From Methylomonas sp. (GTDB taxonomy: Bacteria; Pseudomonadota; Gammaproteobacteria; Methylococcales; Methylomonadaceae): 64,000 nt of DNA. Below, piece by piece: positions 43,871-57,037 of this stretch. Where the stretch lies: NCBI GenBank assembly GCA_002929135.1, contig PESC01000050.1:1805-65804 (forward strand), read 5' to 3'. Position 1 is the first letter of the stretch. Every line of letters begins with the position of its first letter. The notes beneath the pieces were generated by a model. It had not been told where the DNA came from. It searched no databases and saw nothing but the letters and a program-made list of their open reading frames with translations. Made by a program: the position numbers and the translations under genes.

Positions 43871-43880
43871 GAGGGAAGCG

Positions 43881-45377
43881 TCAAAACAATTCGACATCGC
43901 TTGGCTTAGCGCCAGCCGCCGGGGCTTCGAATGTCTGTTTTTCACCTACGATGGCATTGAGATAGCCTGCAACCTCCAGGCTGTAGTGTTCCGCCCACTT
44001 GAAGTCTTCGACCATTTTGCCCTGCAATTCCGGCGAGGTTTGCCAATTTTTCTGTAAACAGGCCATGGCCGCCTGAATGTGGCTGTGGGCTTGGTGGTGA
44101 GGTTGGTCGATGCGGGTGTACGACGGCAGATGACTGTACTGGCTGGCACCCGCACCTCGATGCAGCCATTTACCCAGTTCGGTCGCTTGGTAATCGACCA
44201 TCACTGCGTCGGCTTCGTTGGAATTCAAATCGGTTTCCACCACCCGGTAGCCGTTTTGCAGATAGATGAGTTGATTGAGTTTCGCTAGCGCGATTTCGCC
44301 CACCATTTGCGCGAAGGTGACGTTGCCATAGCTTTCCAGCGATATGGTGCTGACTTCGGCGATGGCCCGCTCAAACTCGGCAATGGCTACTTTCGACTCG
44401 TCGGTCATGCTCGCCATGTTGTCGGTATCGGCCACGATGGCCTGGGTAGCGTGTGTGAATTTCTGCACGGTTTGATTGATGCGCGTCGTAGCATGTTTGG
44501 TGTTTTCCGCCAGTTTGCGTACTTCATCGGCCACCACGGCAAACCCCCGGCCATGCTCGCCAGCCCTGGCCGCCTCGATGGCGGCATTCAACGCCAGCAG
44601 ATTGGTTTGATCGGCGATGCTGGCGATCAGTGTGGTGACATCGGTGATTTCCCGACTGTTGCTGCGCAACTCCAGCGACGAGTCTTTCATGATGTCGATC
44701 TTCGAAATGATACCGGTCAATTTGGCTATGACGGCACCCAGAGAAACCCGGCTGTCGCTGATGATGGTCGAGGCGCGGCTCGATGTTTGTTCAACCTGGC
44801 GCATTTGCTCGGTGATGACCGACAAATCGTGTTGGCTGCGTTTCAGGCTGGCCAGCAGGTTCTGGGTTTTCATCTGCCCCAGTTGCGAGAACAACGATTC
44901 GCGCAGATTGTGCAGATAATTTTTCTCCATGGTGTCAATGGAGGCTTCGATATTGCTCAGGCTTTTGGCAAAGCTGCCTTGAATGCCGACCGGGTTGGGG
45001 CGGCGATGAAACTGGTGCTTGCGGGCTGCCTGGAAACAGCCGGAAACTTCCCGCATATAGGTTTCGACCTGATCCAGTGCACTGTTGAAATGCCAGGCGA
45101 CCGGCGCCAGTTCGGCGCTGGGCGGTATCTGGGTTATCCGGTATTCCAGCAGGCCTTGCTCGATCTGGTGGGTCATGTATTTCAACTTGGCCAGCAAGGC
45201 CGATTCTTGGCGTTGCCTGCGATAAAACACGATGGCCAGCCCGATGCCGAGCAAACAGGGTATCGCCACGGCTGCGATGGGAACCTGAAACAGCAAGGCC
45301 TCAAAGCCCAGTATGCCAAGCAACAGCAGCAAACCAAAGACGGCGGTTTGGGCATCAAAGCGTAAGAATGAATTCAT
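43881..45377 (-). CDS. Methyl-accepting chemotaxis protein with a C-terminal CZB-like domain
   Basis: TM hairpin, HAMP-like segment, [47 protein letters not shown]. Confidence 0.92.
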   Translation of the reverse strand: MNSFLRFDAQTAVFGLLLLLGILGFEALLFQVPIAAVAIPCLLGIGLAIVFYRRQRQESALLAKLKYMTHQIEQGLLEYRITQIPPSAELAPVAWHFNSALDQVETYMREVSGCFQAARKHQFHRRPNPVGIQGSFAKSLSNIEASIDTMEKNYLHNLRESLFSQLGQMKTQNLLASLKRSQHDLSVITEQMRQVEQTSSRASTIISDSRVSLGAVIAKLTGIISKIDIMKDSSLELRSNSREITDVTTLIASIADQTNLLALNAAIEAARAGEHGRGFAVVADEVRKLAENTKHATTRINQTVQKFTHATQAIVADTDNMASMTDESKVAIAEFERAIAEVSTISLESYGNVTFAQMVGEIALAKLNQLIYLQNGYRVVETDLNSNEADAVMVDYQATELGKWLHRGAGASQYSHLPSYTRIDQPHHQAHSHIQAAMACLQKNWQTSPELQGKMVEDFKWAEHYSLEVAGYLNAIVGEKQTFEAPAAGAKPSDVELF

Positions 45378-45900
45378 GGTAGCCCTTTCCGGTTGTGTGT
45401 AGTGCCTGGTTCAGTACCTCGGTACCGGCGGCAACGGCATCGTGCCGGTTTCTACGGCGTTCGGCAGTCAGTATGTCGCGGTACAGATCTTCGATGATGG
45501 CGAGTTTGTCGCGGTCGGGTTTGCGACGTACCGAAAAGTAACCAACGATGTCGTCGACCGTATTGCCGCGTGGCGAAAAACTCGGTGTGACCGTGGCGAA
45601 CACCCAGTAGAAGGCGCCATTCTTGCTGTGGTTTTTGACATAGCCGAAAAACTCGTCACCGGCTTTGATGGTGTTCCACAACAGATCGAACACGCTACGC
45701 GGCATATCCGGGTGACGCACGATGTTGTGCGGCTGGCCGAGCAATTCCTGTTCACTGTAACCGGAAAACTCGATGAAGATGGGGTTGGCATAGGTGATCT
45801 TGCCCGCCCGGTCGGTTTTGGTGACGATGAAGGCATCGTCCCGCATCAGAATTTCATTGTTCTGAGGCACTATCGGTTTCGATATTACCGATTTCGACAT
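45355..45900 (-). CDS. Stand-alone Aer-type PAS protein (CetB-like)
   Basis: [30 protein letters not shown]; start ATG 45900 after SD agggag. Confidence 0.88.
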   Translation of the reverse strand: MSKSVISKPIVPQNNEILMRDDAFIVTKTDRAGKITYANPIFIEFSGYSEQELLGQPHNIVRHPDMPRSVFDLLWNTIKAGDEFFGYVKNHSKNGAFYWVFATVTPSFSPRGNTVDDIVGYFSVRRKPDRDKLAIIEDLYRDILTAERRRNRHDAVAAGTEVLNQALHTTGKGYHEFILTL

Positions 45901-46122
45901 TGCTGTTCTCCCTAATTTGTTGAATCGAAAGCCTGTTTCAAACTCACTGCAAGGCTGACGAACCGAGGTGCAGCCCGGTTTCGGCCCGTTTTTTCTGAGC
46001 GGACGTGATGCGTCTGGCTCAGCGTGGCGGCGTATCGAAATCCTTATGACTTTCTTAGCGCGGCGCAATTTATCATGTTTTTCAGCTTGTTTGCGTCATG
46101 TTGGCGGCGGGACTGTGATCGT

Positions 46123-46152
46123 CTGCATTGCTTTGCTGCGCGTGGGAACGAG
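46123..46152. repeat. Degenerate right end of the CCCACGC REP-like element
   Basis: ctgcattgctttgctgcgcgtgggaacgag. Confidence 0.55.
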
Positions 46153-46175
46153 GATTGACGGGCACGATGGCCTGG

Positions 46176-48992
<2,817 letters not shown>

Positions 48993-49052
48993 TTGGGGTC
49001 GAATCCTGTTAGGTCAAATCCTGAAATTTTGAAAAGTTTCCAGTGGGTTTTT

Positions 49053-49154
49053 CTGGTTCCCACGGTCGCCGTGGGAACCCATACCAACCGTTCTACGCAG
49101 ACTTACCCTCTATGCAGCGTCCGTCTGCATTCCCACGCGGAGCGTGGGAATGAG
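49053..49154. repeat. REP-like doublet
   Basis: gttcccacgg-tcg-ccgtgggaac and cattcccacgc-gga-gcgtgggaatg. Confidence 0.85.
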
Positions 49155-49174
49155 GAACAGGGCGGAATTTCGGC

Positions 49175-50080
49175 TCAGTCGCAAGACCTCGGCCAGCGCG
49201 ATAACAAGGTTTGCAAATCCATCGCGTTCGGCATACCCGGCCTTGCACCTATTACCGTGCAGCAGAACGCGCCTGCCGCGCTGGCATAGGCCAGGGTGTC
49301 TTGCCAGGACATGCCGGTGGTGAGTGCGGCGGCAAATGCACCATGAAAGGCATCGCCCGCGCCCGTGGTATCTACGGCCCCGATCGGCGGTGCATCCAGA
49401 CGACCGGTTTCCACGCCGCGTTGCCAGACCAGGCCGCGCTCGCCCAGGGTGATGACCACAACCGGCGCCAGCCCTGCCAGCGACGACAAGGCCGCGTCGA
49501 TCGCGTTTGCGTATTGCAGTGCGAATTTCTCCGAACAGACCAGGTAATCCACTTTGTCGAGCAAGGTGCGAGTACCGTCATGCAAGGAACCGGCATCGAG
49601 CACACTGAGCGGCTTTTGCGACCAGCGGTGTTGCAGCAATGCCAATGCGACATGCGGCTCGTGACCATCGAACAGCAGCACTTTGGCGCTTGCGTGGCTG
49701 AAGTCGATGGCATCGGCGGCCAGCGCCCGTGTGTCGCCCTTATGGTTTATCAATGCGCGTTGACCGTCGGGCTTTACCAGAATGGCCGATACCGGCGTCG
49801 GTGTATCGCCCCGGACGATGTAGCGATCGTCGACGCCTTCGGTTTTCAGTTCGTCGAGATGATGCTGGCCATAAATGTCCCAGCCCAGATATCCGGCAAA
49901 CGCAGCGCGAAAGTCCAGACGTGCAACGGTGACGGCAGCATTGGCCGCCGGGCCGCCGCCACAGCCCTGCAATCGGTTGGCGACCATTTTTTCATCGGCA
50001 GCCGGATGATGCGGCACTGAAAATGTCAGATCGTAACTGGCATGACCCGCACATAAGACATCGATGACAAATTCGTTCAT
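49175..50080 (-). CDS. PfkB-family carbohydrate kinase
   Basis: GGGPAANAA, DTTGAGDAFHG. Confidence 0.92.
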   Translation of the reverse strand: MNEFVIDVLCAGHASYDLTFSVPHHPAADEKMVANRLQGCGGGPAANAAVTVARLDFRAAFAGYLGWDIYGQHHLDELKTEGVDDRYIVRGDTPTPVSAILVKPDGQRALINHKGDTRALAADAIDFSHASAKVLLFDGHEPHVALALLQHRWSQKPLSVLDAGSLHDGTRTLLDKVDYLVCSEKFALQYANAIDAALSSLAGLAPVVVITLGERGLVWQRGVETGRLDAPPIGAVDTTGAGDAFHGAFAAALTTGMSWQDTLAYASAAGAFCCTVIGARPGMPNAMDLQTLLSRWPRSCD

Positions 50081-50267
50081 GGTTGTTGTTCCTGCGGGTG
50101 TTGTAATGTTCGCTCCATCGTTCTACGCGGGAACGGGCATAGCATTATAAGTAATCAGCCCCTTTCAGCCTCGCCCAGAGTCATCTGTCATCGCGCAAGC
50201 ATTCATGAACGATGGCCAGCTTTCAAGGTAAAATCGACGCCATTTCCACCTGTTGCCCCGAATTCTC

Positions 50268-52442
50268 ATGCATCACACTTATCAGTTCACGTCAGGGAAA
50301 CCTTATCCCCATGGTGCCCGATTGTCCGATGGCGGTGTCAATTTTTCCATTCCCAGCCGTTATGCGACCTCGGTCGATTTGTTGTTGTTTACCCACAGCG
50401 ACAGTGCCGAACCTTTCCAGGTCATCCGGCTGGATAAAAACCGCCACCATACGTTTTTCTCCTGGCATGTGTTCGTCGAGGCTCTGCCCGCAAACACCTG
50501 GTATGCGTGGCGGGTCGATGGGTTTCGCATGGAACGCGAAGCCGGTTTGTGTTTCGACCCCGACAAGGTGTTGCTCGACCCATGGGCACGCGCGGTGAGC
50601 CATAAGGTGTGGTCGCGCGGCGAGGCCTGTCGCCCTGGCAGCAATCTGGCGCATTCGATGCGGGCGGCGGTGGTAGCCGATAACCACTACGACTGGGAAG
50701 GCGATACGCCGCTGGCGATACGCAGCGAACGCGCCATCATTTACGAGCTGCATGTCGGCGGATTTACCCGTCACTCGTCGGCGCAGGCGCAGCACCCCGG
50801 CACGTTTTCCGCTTTGATCGGAAAAATTCCGTATTTGCAATCACTGGGCATCACCCACGTCGAGCTGCTGCCGGTGATGGCGTTCGATGAGCAGGACGTG
50901 CCACGTCATACCGCCGAACTGGGCCTGAAAAACTACTGGGGCTACAGTACCCACAGTTTTTTCAGTCCGCATCCGGGGTATTGCACCGCGCCCGAACAGG
51001 CAAGCCACGTCCGCGAGTTCCGCGATTTGGTCAAGGCGCTGCACAAAGCCGGTATCGGCGTCATCATGGATGTGGTGTTCAACCATACCTCTGAGGCCGG
51101 TGTCGATGGGCCGATGATCAACTTCAAGGGCATCACCGGCAACAGCTTTTATCTGACCGACAGATATGACAAACGCATCTTTCACGATTACACCGGCTGC
51201 GGCAACACGGTGAATGCCAATCACCCGCTGGTGACCAATTTCATCGTCACCTGCCTGGAGTATTGGGTCAGGGAAATGCACATCGACGGTTTCCGCTTCG
51301 ACCTGGCCAGCGCACTGGCGCGGGGGGAAGATGGCCAGGTCATGGATGATCCGCCGTTGGTCTGGGGTATCGAGCTGTCGGAACAACTGGCCCGAACCAA
51401 ACTGATCGCCGAAGCCTGGGATGCTTCCGGCCTGTATCAGGTGGGTAATTTTCCCGGCTATCGTTGGGCAGAATGGAACGGCATGTACCGCGATACCATG
51501 CGGCGCTTTCTGCGCGGTGATGGCGGCGTTGCCGGTGAAGTGGCCACCCGGCTTTGCGGCAGCAGCGACCTGTATCAACACGAGAACCGTTTGCCGATCA
51601 GCGGCATCAATTTCATCACCTGCCACGACGGCTTCACGCTCAACGACCTATTCAGCTACAACGGCAAGCACAATCTGGCCAACGGCGAAGACAACCGCGA
51701 CGGCTGCAACAACAACCTCAGTTGGAACTGCGGAGTGGAAGGCCCGACGCCGGACAAAGCCATCAATGCCTTGCGCCGCAAACAAGTGAAAAATGCCTTC
51801 GCGTTGCTGCTGTTGAGTCACGGTGTGCCGATGATCCTAGCTGGCGACGAGTTCATGCACAGCCAGAAAGGCAACAACAACGGCTATTGCCAGGACAACG
51901 AAATCAGTTGGCTGAACTGGAACGATGCTCGCAAGAATGCCGACGTATTGCGTTTCGTACAGGAGATGATCCGTCTGCGCAAGCGCCACGATGCATTGAT
52001 GCGCAGGCGGTTTCTGACCGGCGGCATCGTCGAGCACAGAGGCATAGCCGACATCACCTGGCATGGTCTGACCCTCGACCAACCAATTGATTGGAGCGCC
52101 CCTGAAAATCGTATTCTGGCATTCACGCTGGCAGGCATGACGCCGGAAGAAGCCGATCTGCACGTCGTGCTCAATATGTCGCACACCCGGCATCACGCCG
52201 CTTTGCCAGAGTTGGTGGGCCGCACCTGGTGCCTGGCGGTCGATACCTCGCTGAAATCGCCCCGCGACATCATCCCGCCCGATGAACAAAAGCCGCTGCC
52301 CAGCTTGCGCTATGAAGTCGATGCCCATTCAATAGTCGTGTTCGAAAACATCGATGCCGAGGAATTTCAGCGCAAGAAATCCAGTGGTTTTTTCAGCAAG
52401 CTGGCGCACTTCAGGCTGTTCGAAAGCAGTGAGGGTGTTTAG
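50268..52442 (+). CDS. glgX: Glycogen debranching enzyme
   Basis: IYELHV, NYWGY, DVVFNH, DGFRFDL, LIAEAW, NFITCHDGFT; start uncertain (50253 or 50268). Confidence 0.93.
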   Translation: MHHTYQFTSGKPYPHGARLSDGGVNFSIPSRYATSVDLLLFTHSDSAEPFQVIRLDKNRHHTFFSWHVFVEALPANTWYAWRVDGFRMEREAGLCFDPDKVLLDPWARAVSHKVWSRGEACRPGSNLAHSMRAAVVADNHYDWEGDTPLAIRSERAIIYELHVGGFTRHSSAQAQHPGTFSALIGKIPYLQSLGITHVELLPVMAFDEQDVPRHTAELGLKNYWGYSTHSFFSPHPGYCTAPEQASHVREFRDLVKALHKAGIGVIMDVVFNHTSEAGVDGPMINFKGITGNSFYLTDRYDKRIFHDYTGCGNTVNANHPLVTNFIVTCLEYWVREMHIDGFRFDLASALARGEDGQVMDDPPLVWGIELSEQLARTKLIAEAWDASGLYQVGNFPGYRWAEWNGMYRDTMRRFLRGDGGVAGEVATRLCGSSDLYQHENRLPISGINFITCHDGFTLNDLFSYNGKHNLANGEDNRDGCNNNLSWNCGVEGPTPDKAINALRRKQVKNAFALLLLSHGVPMILAGDEFMHSQKGNNNGYCQDNEISWLNWNDARKNADVLRFVQEMIRLRKRHDALMRRRFLTGGIVEHRGIADITWHGLTLDQPIDWSAPENRILAFTLAGMTPEEADLHVVLNMSHTRHHAALPELVGRTWCLAVDTSLKSPRDIIPPDEQKPLPSLRYEVDAHSIVVFENIDAEEFQRKKSSGFFSKLAHFRLFESSEGV

Positions 52443-52487
52443 GAACTGGCGCTAAATTTGAGCCAAATCGATGGACAAGGCGAGTTT

Positions 52488-52553
52488 TTGCGTTGCCATG
52501 CATCAGATGCGATAATGCCGCCACTGTTGGCACTCGCCCTGTTTGAGTGCTAG
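52488..52553 (+). promoter_or_regulatory. Sigma70 promoter and CIRCE operator
   Basis: TTGCGT-N17-GATAAT, then TTGGCACTC-N9-GAGTGCTAG (52527-52553). Confidence 0.88.
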
Positions 52554-52572
52554 CGTTTTTGGATGGGGTGTC

Positions 52573-53628
52573 GTGAACAATCAGGTTCTCAATGAAAGAT
52601 CGCTTTACTTGCTGAAGGCGTTGGTCGAGCGTTACATCAGTGATGGCCAGCCTGTCGGTTCCCGTGCGTTGTCGAAAGACACCAACCTGAAACTGAGTCC
52701 GGCAACGATACGCAACGTCATGGCCGATCTGGAAGATTTGGGACTGATCCATTCGCCGCACACCTCCGCCGGTCGAGTACCAACCGTTAGCGGTTACCGC
52801 TTGTTCGTCAACAGCTTGTTGACCGTCAAGCCGCTGGAATCCAGCCAACTGGCGCAACTGGAAAGCCAATTGCTGGCCGAAGCGGAAAATGCCAGCGATG
52901 TCGTCAGCAAAACATCCAGATTGCTGTCCGATGTCACCCAGATGGCCGGCGTCGTGACGCTGCCGCGCCGGGAGTCCGTGACCTTGCGCCACATCGAGTT
53001 TCTGCCCTTATCCAACAACCGGCTTCTGGTGATTTTCGTCACCGACGGCCAGGAAGTACACAACAAGATCATCCATGGCGGCAAACAGTATTCGCCTGCG
53101 GAATTACAGCAGGCAGCCAATTATTTGACGTCGGTGTATGCCGGCAGCAGTTTGTCGCGCATCCGCGAACTGATCCTGCGTGACATGGAAAACGACCGCG
53201 ACCAGGTCAATCAAGGTATGCGAGACGCCATCGGCATGGCGCAACTGACCTTCACCGAACAACCCGGCGACGATTACGTGCTGAGCGGCGAAACCAATCT
53301 GATGGGCTTTTCCGAACTGGCCGACATGGACAGGCTGAAGCAGTTATTTGAAGCCTTCAGCCAGAAACAAGGCGTCATCCATTTGCTCGACCAATGCCTG
53401 CAAGCCGACGGTGTGCAGATTTTCATCGGCGAAGAGTCCGGTTATCGCGCATTCGACCATTGCAGTCTGGTTACCAAAGCCTATTCGGTCAACGATCAGG
53501 TCGTGGGTGTGCTGGGCGTGATCGGCCCCACCCGCATGGCGTATGAACGCGTGATTCCCTACGTCGATGTCACTGCCAAATTATTGGGCGCAGCCTTGAA
53601 TAGCCAGCAAACGCCCTCACCGTCATGA
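52573..53628 (+). CDS. hrcA: Heat-inducible repressor HrcA
   Basis: GQPVGSR, SPATIRNVM, PHTSAGRVPT.SGYR, GVIGPTRM.Y. Confidence 0.96.
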   Translation: MNNQVLNERSLYLLKALVERYISDGQPVGSRALSKDTNLKLSPATIRNVMADLEDLGLIHSPHTSAGRVPTVSGYRLFVNSLLTVKPLESSQLAQLESQLLAEAENASDVVSKTSRLLSDVTQMAGVVTLPRRESVTLRHIEFLPLSNNRLLVIFVTDGQEVHNKIIHGGKQYSPAELQQAANYLTSVYAGSSLSRIRELILRDMENDRDQVNQGMRDAIGMAQLTFTEQPGDDYVLSGETNLMGFSELADMDRLKQLFEAFSQKQGVIHLLDQCLQADGVQIFIGEESGYRAFDHCSLVTKAYSVNDQVVGVLGVIGPTRMAYERVIPYVDVTAKLLGAALNSQQTPSPS

Positions 53629-53665
53629 CTTTGAGTTGATAGCAAACATCTTTTAAGGAGCAACC

Positions 53666-54316
53666 ATGAATCAACCCACCTCAAGCCAGCCGTCGCAGTC
53701 CGATGCCGATTTGATTGCCGAAGTGCTTGAACAAACCCAGGAAGCTGCCGCAACACCTGCCGAACCTAGCGAACCAGCCGTCGAGTTGTCTGCGTCGAAC
53801 GTCGATATCCAGGCGTTGCAGAGCGAACTGGAACAAACCAAGGAACAGGCCGCTGCTCACTGGGACAAAGCCGTTCGCATCCAGGCCGAAATGGAAAACC
53901 TGAAAAAGCGTGTGCAAAAAGACCTGGACGACGAACGCAAATACGGTCTGACAAAGTTCGCCAAGGAATTGCTGACGGTAGTCGACAGCCTGGAACTGGG
54001 GCTTCAGGCCGCAACCGGCGACAACCCGGAACTGGCCCGATTGCGCGAGGGCAGCGAACTGACCCTCAAACAATTCGAAGCCGTGTTCGCCAAATTCAAC
54101 ATCGAAGCCGTCAACCCTCTTGGTCAACCATTCAACCCCGAATTGCACCAAGCCATGGCGATGCAGCCAGCGTCTGGCGCTGAACCCAACACCGTGCTCA
54201 ACGTATTTCAAAAAGGCTATGTCATCAATGGCCGACTGCTACGGCCCGCCATGGTCGTAGTCGCCAAAGCGGAAGACAAACCTGCGGACAGTATAAAAAT
54301 TGATGAACAGGCTTGA
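53666..54316 (+). CDS. grpE: GrpE
   Basis: AEMENLKKR, FNPELHQA, QKGY..GRLLRPAMV. Confidence 0.96.
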   Translation: MNQPTSSQPSQSDADLIAEVLEQTQEAAATPAEPSEPAVELSASNVDIQALQSELEQTKEQAAAHWDKAVRIQAEMENLKKRVQKDLDDERKYGLTKFAKELLTVVDSLELGLQAATGDNPELARLREGSELTLKQFEAVFAKFNIEAVNPLGQPFNPELHQAMAMQPASGAEPNTVLNVFQKGYVINGRLLRPAMVVVAKAEDKPADSIKIDEQA

Positions 54317-54339
54317 AATTTCATTCAGCACCTGCATAT
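54312..54339 (+). promoter_or_regulatory. Sigma32-type promoter for dnaK
   Basis: CTTGAAA-N13-CTGCATAT versus consensus CTTGAAA..CCCCATNT. Confidence 0.6.
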
Positions 54340-54386
54340 CGCTAACAAACTCTTAATTCATACCTTTTCAAGTCTGGAGACATTCA

Positions 54387-56327
54387 ATGGGCAAAATGAT
54401 CGGCATCGATTTGGGCACCACCAATTCCTGCGTGGCCGTGCTGGAAAACGGCACCGCGCGGGTAATCGAAAACAGCGAAGGCGCACGCACCACGCCGTCC
54501 ATCATCGCTTTCACCGGCGATAACGAAGTCCTGGTCGGCCAATCCGCCAAACGCCAGGCAGTCACCAACCCGGAAAACACCTTGTTTGCCATCAAACGTT
54601 TGATCGGCCGCCGCTTCAAAGAAGATGCGGTGCAAAAAGACATCAAAATGGTGCCGTACAAAATCATGGAAGCCAACAATGGCGACGCCTGGGTGGAATG
54701 CCACGGCAAGAAAATGGCGCCGCCTGAAGTGTCGTCGCGCGTCTTGATGAAACTGAAAAAAGACGCCGAAGCTTTTTTGGGTGAAGAAGTCACCGAAGCC
54801 GTCATCACCGTACCGGCTTATTTCAACGATTCGCAGCGCCAGGCCACCAAAGACGCTGGCCGCATCGCCGGTCTGGACGTCAAACGCATCATCAACGAAC
54901 CCACCGCCGCCGCGCTGGCCTTCGGCATGGACAAGCCCAAGGGCGACACCACCATCGCGGTGTACGACCTCGGCGGCGGCACCTTCGATATTTCCATCAT
55001 CGAAATAGCCGAAGTCGAAGGCGAGCACCAGTTCGAAGTACTGGCCACCAACGGCGACACCTTCCTCGGTGGTGAGGACTTCGATCTGCGCATCATCGAT
55101 TTCCTGGCGGGCGAGTTCAAAAAAGGCAGCGGCATCGACCTGCACAACGACCCACTGGCTTTGCAACGCCTGAAAGAGGCCGCGGAAAAAGCCAAAATCG
55201 AATTGTCATCGGCTGAACAAACCGACATCAACCTGCCGTACATCACCGCCGATGCCAGCGGCCCTAAACATTTGAACGTCAAACTGACCCGCGCCAAGCT
55301 GGAATCGCTGGTCGACGAACTGATCGAGCGCACCAAAGGCCCCTGTCTGCAAGCGATCAAGGATGCCGGTGTTGCAACCTCGAAAATCAACGACGTGATC
55401 CTGGTGGGTGGCCAAACCCGCATGCCGAAAGTGCAAGCCTTCGTCAAGGAGCTGTTCGGCAAAGAACCGCGCAAAGACGTCAACCCGGATGAAGCCGTAG
55501 CCTTAGGCGCCGCGATTCAGGCCGGCGTACTGGGCGGCGATGTCAAAGACGTGTTGTTACTGGACGTAACCCCGCTGTCGTTGGGCATCGAAACCCTGGG
55601 CGGCGTGATGACCAAGCTGATCGAAAAAAACACCACCATTCCGACCAACGCCTCGCAAGTGTTCTCGACTGCCGACGACAATCAAACCGCCGTCACCGTC
55701 CATGTATTGCAAGGCGAACGCGAAATGGCAGCAGGCAACAAATCACTGGGTCGTTTCGACCTGCAAGACATTCCGCCGGCACCGCGCGGCATTCCGCAAA
55801 TCGAAGTCTCGTTCGATATCGACGCCAACGGCATCCTCAACGTCTCGGCCAAAGACAAAGCTACCGGCAAGAAACAATCCATCGTCATCAAAGCCTCCAG
55901 CGGCTTGTCGGACGATGAAGTCGAACGCATGATAAAAGACGCCGAAGCCCACGCCGACGAAGACCGCAAGCTGAAAGAACTGGTGTCGGCACGCAACTCG
56001 GCGGAAGGGATGATACACGCCACCGAAAAATCGCTGCACGAATTGGGCGACCAGGTTTCCGGCGAGGAAAAATCGGCCATTGAATCGGCCATCAAAGACC
56101 TGCAAGCCGTAATCAAATCCGACGACAAAGACGCCATCGAAGCCAAAACCCATGCCTTGACCGAATTGTCGGGCAAACTGGCCGAGCGGGTTTATGCGCA
56201 AAAAGGCAGCGCGGAAGCCGGTTCGGCGGCTGGTCACGAACATGCGGCAGGCGGCCAGCAGCAAACCGAAGCCGACAGCAACGTGCTTGATGCCGAGTTT
56301 GAGGAAGTCAAAGACGACAAGAAGTGA
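54387..56327 (+). CDS. dnaK: DnaK
   Basis: [24 protein letters not shown]. Confidence 0.98.
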   Translation: MGKMIGIDLGTTNSCVAVLENGTARVIENSEGARTTPSIIAFTGDNEVLVGQSAKRQAVTNPENTLFAIKRLIGRRFKEDAVQKDIKMVPYKIMEANNGDAWVECHGKKMAPPEVSSRVLMKLKKDAEAFLGEEVTEAVITVPAYFNDSQRQATKDAGRIAGLDVKRIINEPTAAALAFGMDKPKGDTTIAVYDLGGGTFDISIIEIAEVEGEHQFEVLATNGDTFLGGEDFDLRIIDFLAGEFKKGSGIDLHNDPLALQRLKEAAEKAKIELSSAEQTDINLPYITADASGPKHLNVKLTRAKLESLVDELIERTKGPCLQAIKDAGVATSKINDVILVGGQTRMPKVQAFVKELFGKEPRKDVNPDEAVALGAAIQAGVLGGDVKDVLLLDVTPLSLGIETLGGVMTKLIEKNTTIPTNASQVFSTADDNQTAVTVHVLQGEREMAAGNKSLGRFDLQDIPPAPRGIPQIEVSFDIDANGILNVSAKDKATGKKQSIVIKASSGLSDDEVERMIKDAEAHADEDRKLKELVSARNSAEGMIHATEKSLHELGDQVSGEEKSAIESAIKDLQAVIKSDDKDAIEAKTHALTELSGKLAERVYAQKGSAEAGSAAGHEHAAGGQQQTEADSNVLDAEFEEVKDDKK

Positions 56328-56405
56328 TGCTTGATGTGGATGGCGAAAGCCATCCACCATTGCAAGCGTTCACGCCATTTGCTTTAGTATTTTGAGGTAG
56401 AAATA

Positions 56406-56615
56406 ATGGATAGCGCGGCACTTCATCTTCCTGTCTCGGAGCGTGCCAAACTTGCTCATAGATTGTTGTTAAGTCTGGAAAATCTATCTGACACCGAATT
56501 GCAGGAAGTTTGGCTGGACGAAGCACAAAGACGTGCCGACGAAATAGACCAGGGCTTGGTCGAGTTGATTTCCGCCGAGGAAGTCAGCGCCAAAGCGCGT
56601 TTATTACTGAAATGA
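56406..56615 (+). CDS. Putative addiction-module antitoxin (TIGR02574-like)
   Basis: LPVSERAKLA..LL.SL, W..EAQRR..EI..G; ATGA overlap with the toxin. Confidence 0.8.
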   Translation: MDSAALHLPVSERAKLAHRLLLSLENLSDTELQEVWLDEAQRRADEIDQGLVELISAEEVSAKARLLLK

Positions 56616-56906
56616 GTTATCGGTTTCATCCTGGTGCTGAACATGAGCATTTTGAAATTATCAGGTTCTACGAATCGCAGCAGGCCGGGTTGGGTGCCGT
56701 CTATCTGACAGAGTTTGAAACCTTAATGGCGCGGGTTGCCAGAATGCCAGAAATTTATCGGATATATAGGCTCCCTAATATCCGAACGGTTACACTGATT
56801 AAGCTTCCATAGCGGGTTGTTTTTAGGAAAAACCCTTCTGGCGCCCAGGTTTTTGGCAATTTCACATAAGAAAAGAAAACCCGATTATTGGTTAAGCCGA
56901 CTATAA
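56612..56906 (+). pseudogene. RelE/ParE toxin pseudogene
   Basis: YRFHPGAE..FYE..GLG..F N-terminus; in-frame TAG at 56810-56812; extra T near 56850-56854 hides LAISHKKRKPDYWLSRL. Confidence 0.8.
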
Positions 56907-56954
56907 CCAAACCAACTAACAAAACGTAATCATTCAGTCCTGCGTCTATTTTAT

Positions 56955-56984
56955 ACCCTAACCCTCTCCCACAGGGAGAGGGGG
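56955..56984 (+). repeat. BoxC-like palindromic repeat
   Basis: accctaaccctctccc-aca-gggagaggg. Confidence 0.7.
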
Positions 56985-57037
56985 TTTAAGGTGGAGGACT
57001 AAACGGTTACAACAAAACAGATATTCACAAAAAATAA

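Noticed and set aside
46030-46060. Sigma28 promoter upstream of the PAS gene
   Set aside because: The TAAG..CGATA spacing is one base short and both boxes are degenerate.
48993-49050. LexA (SOS) box upstream of uvrA
   Set aside because: No CTGT-N8-ACAG present.
56900-57012. attC-like site after the ParE pseudogene (aactaacaaaacg ... gttacaac)
   Set aside because: The putative R'' and R' boxes are not complementary and no L boxes are evident.
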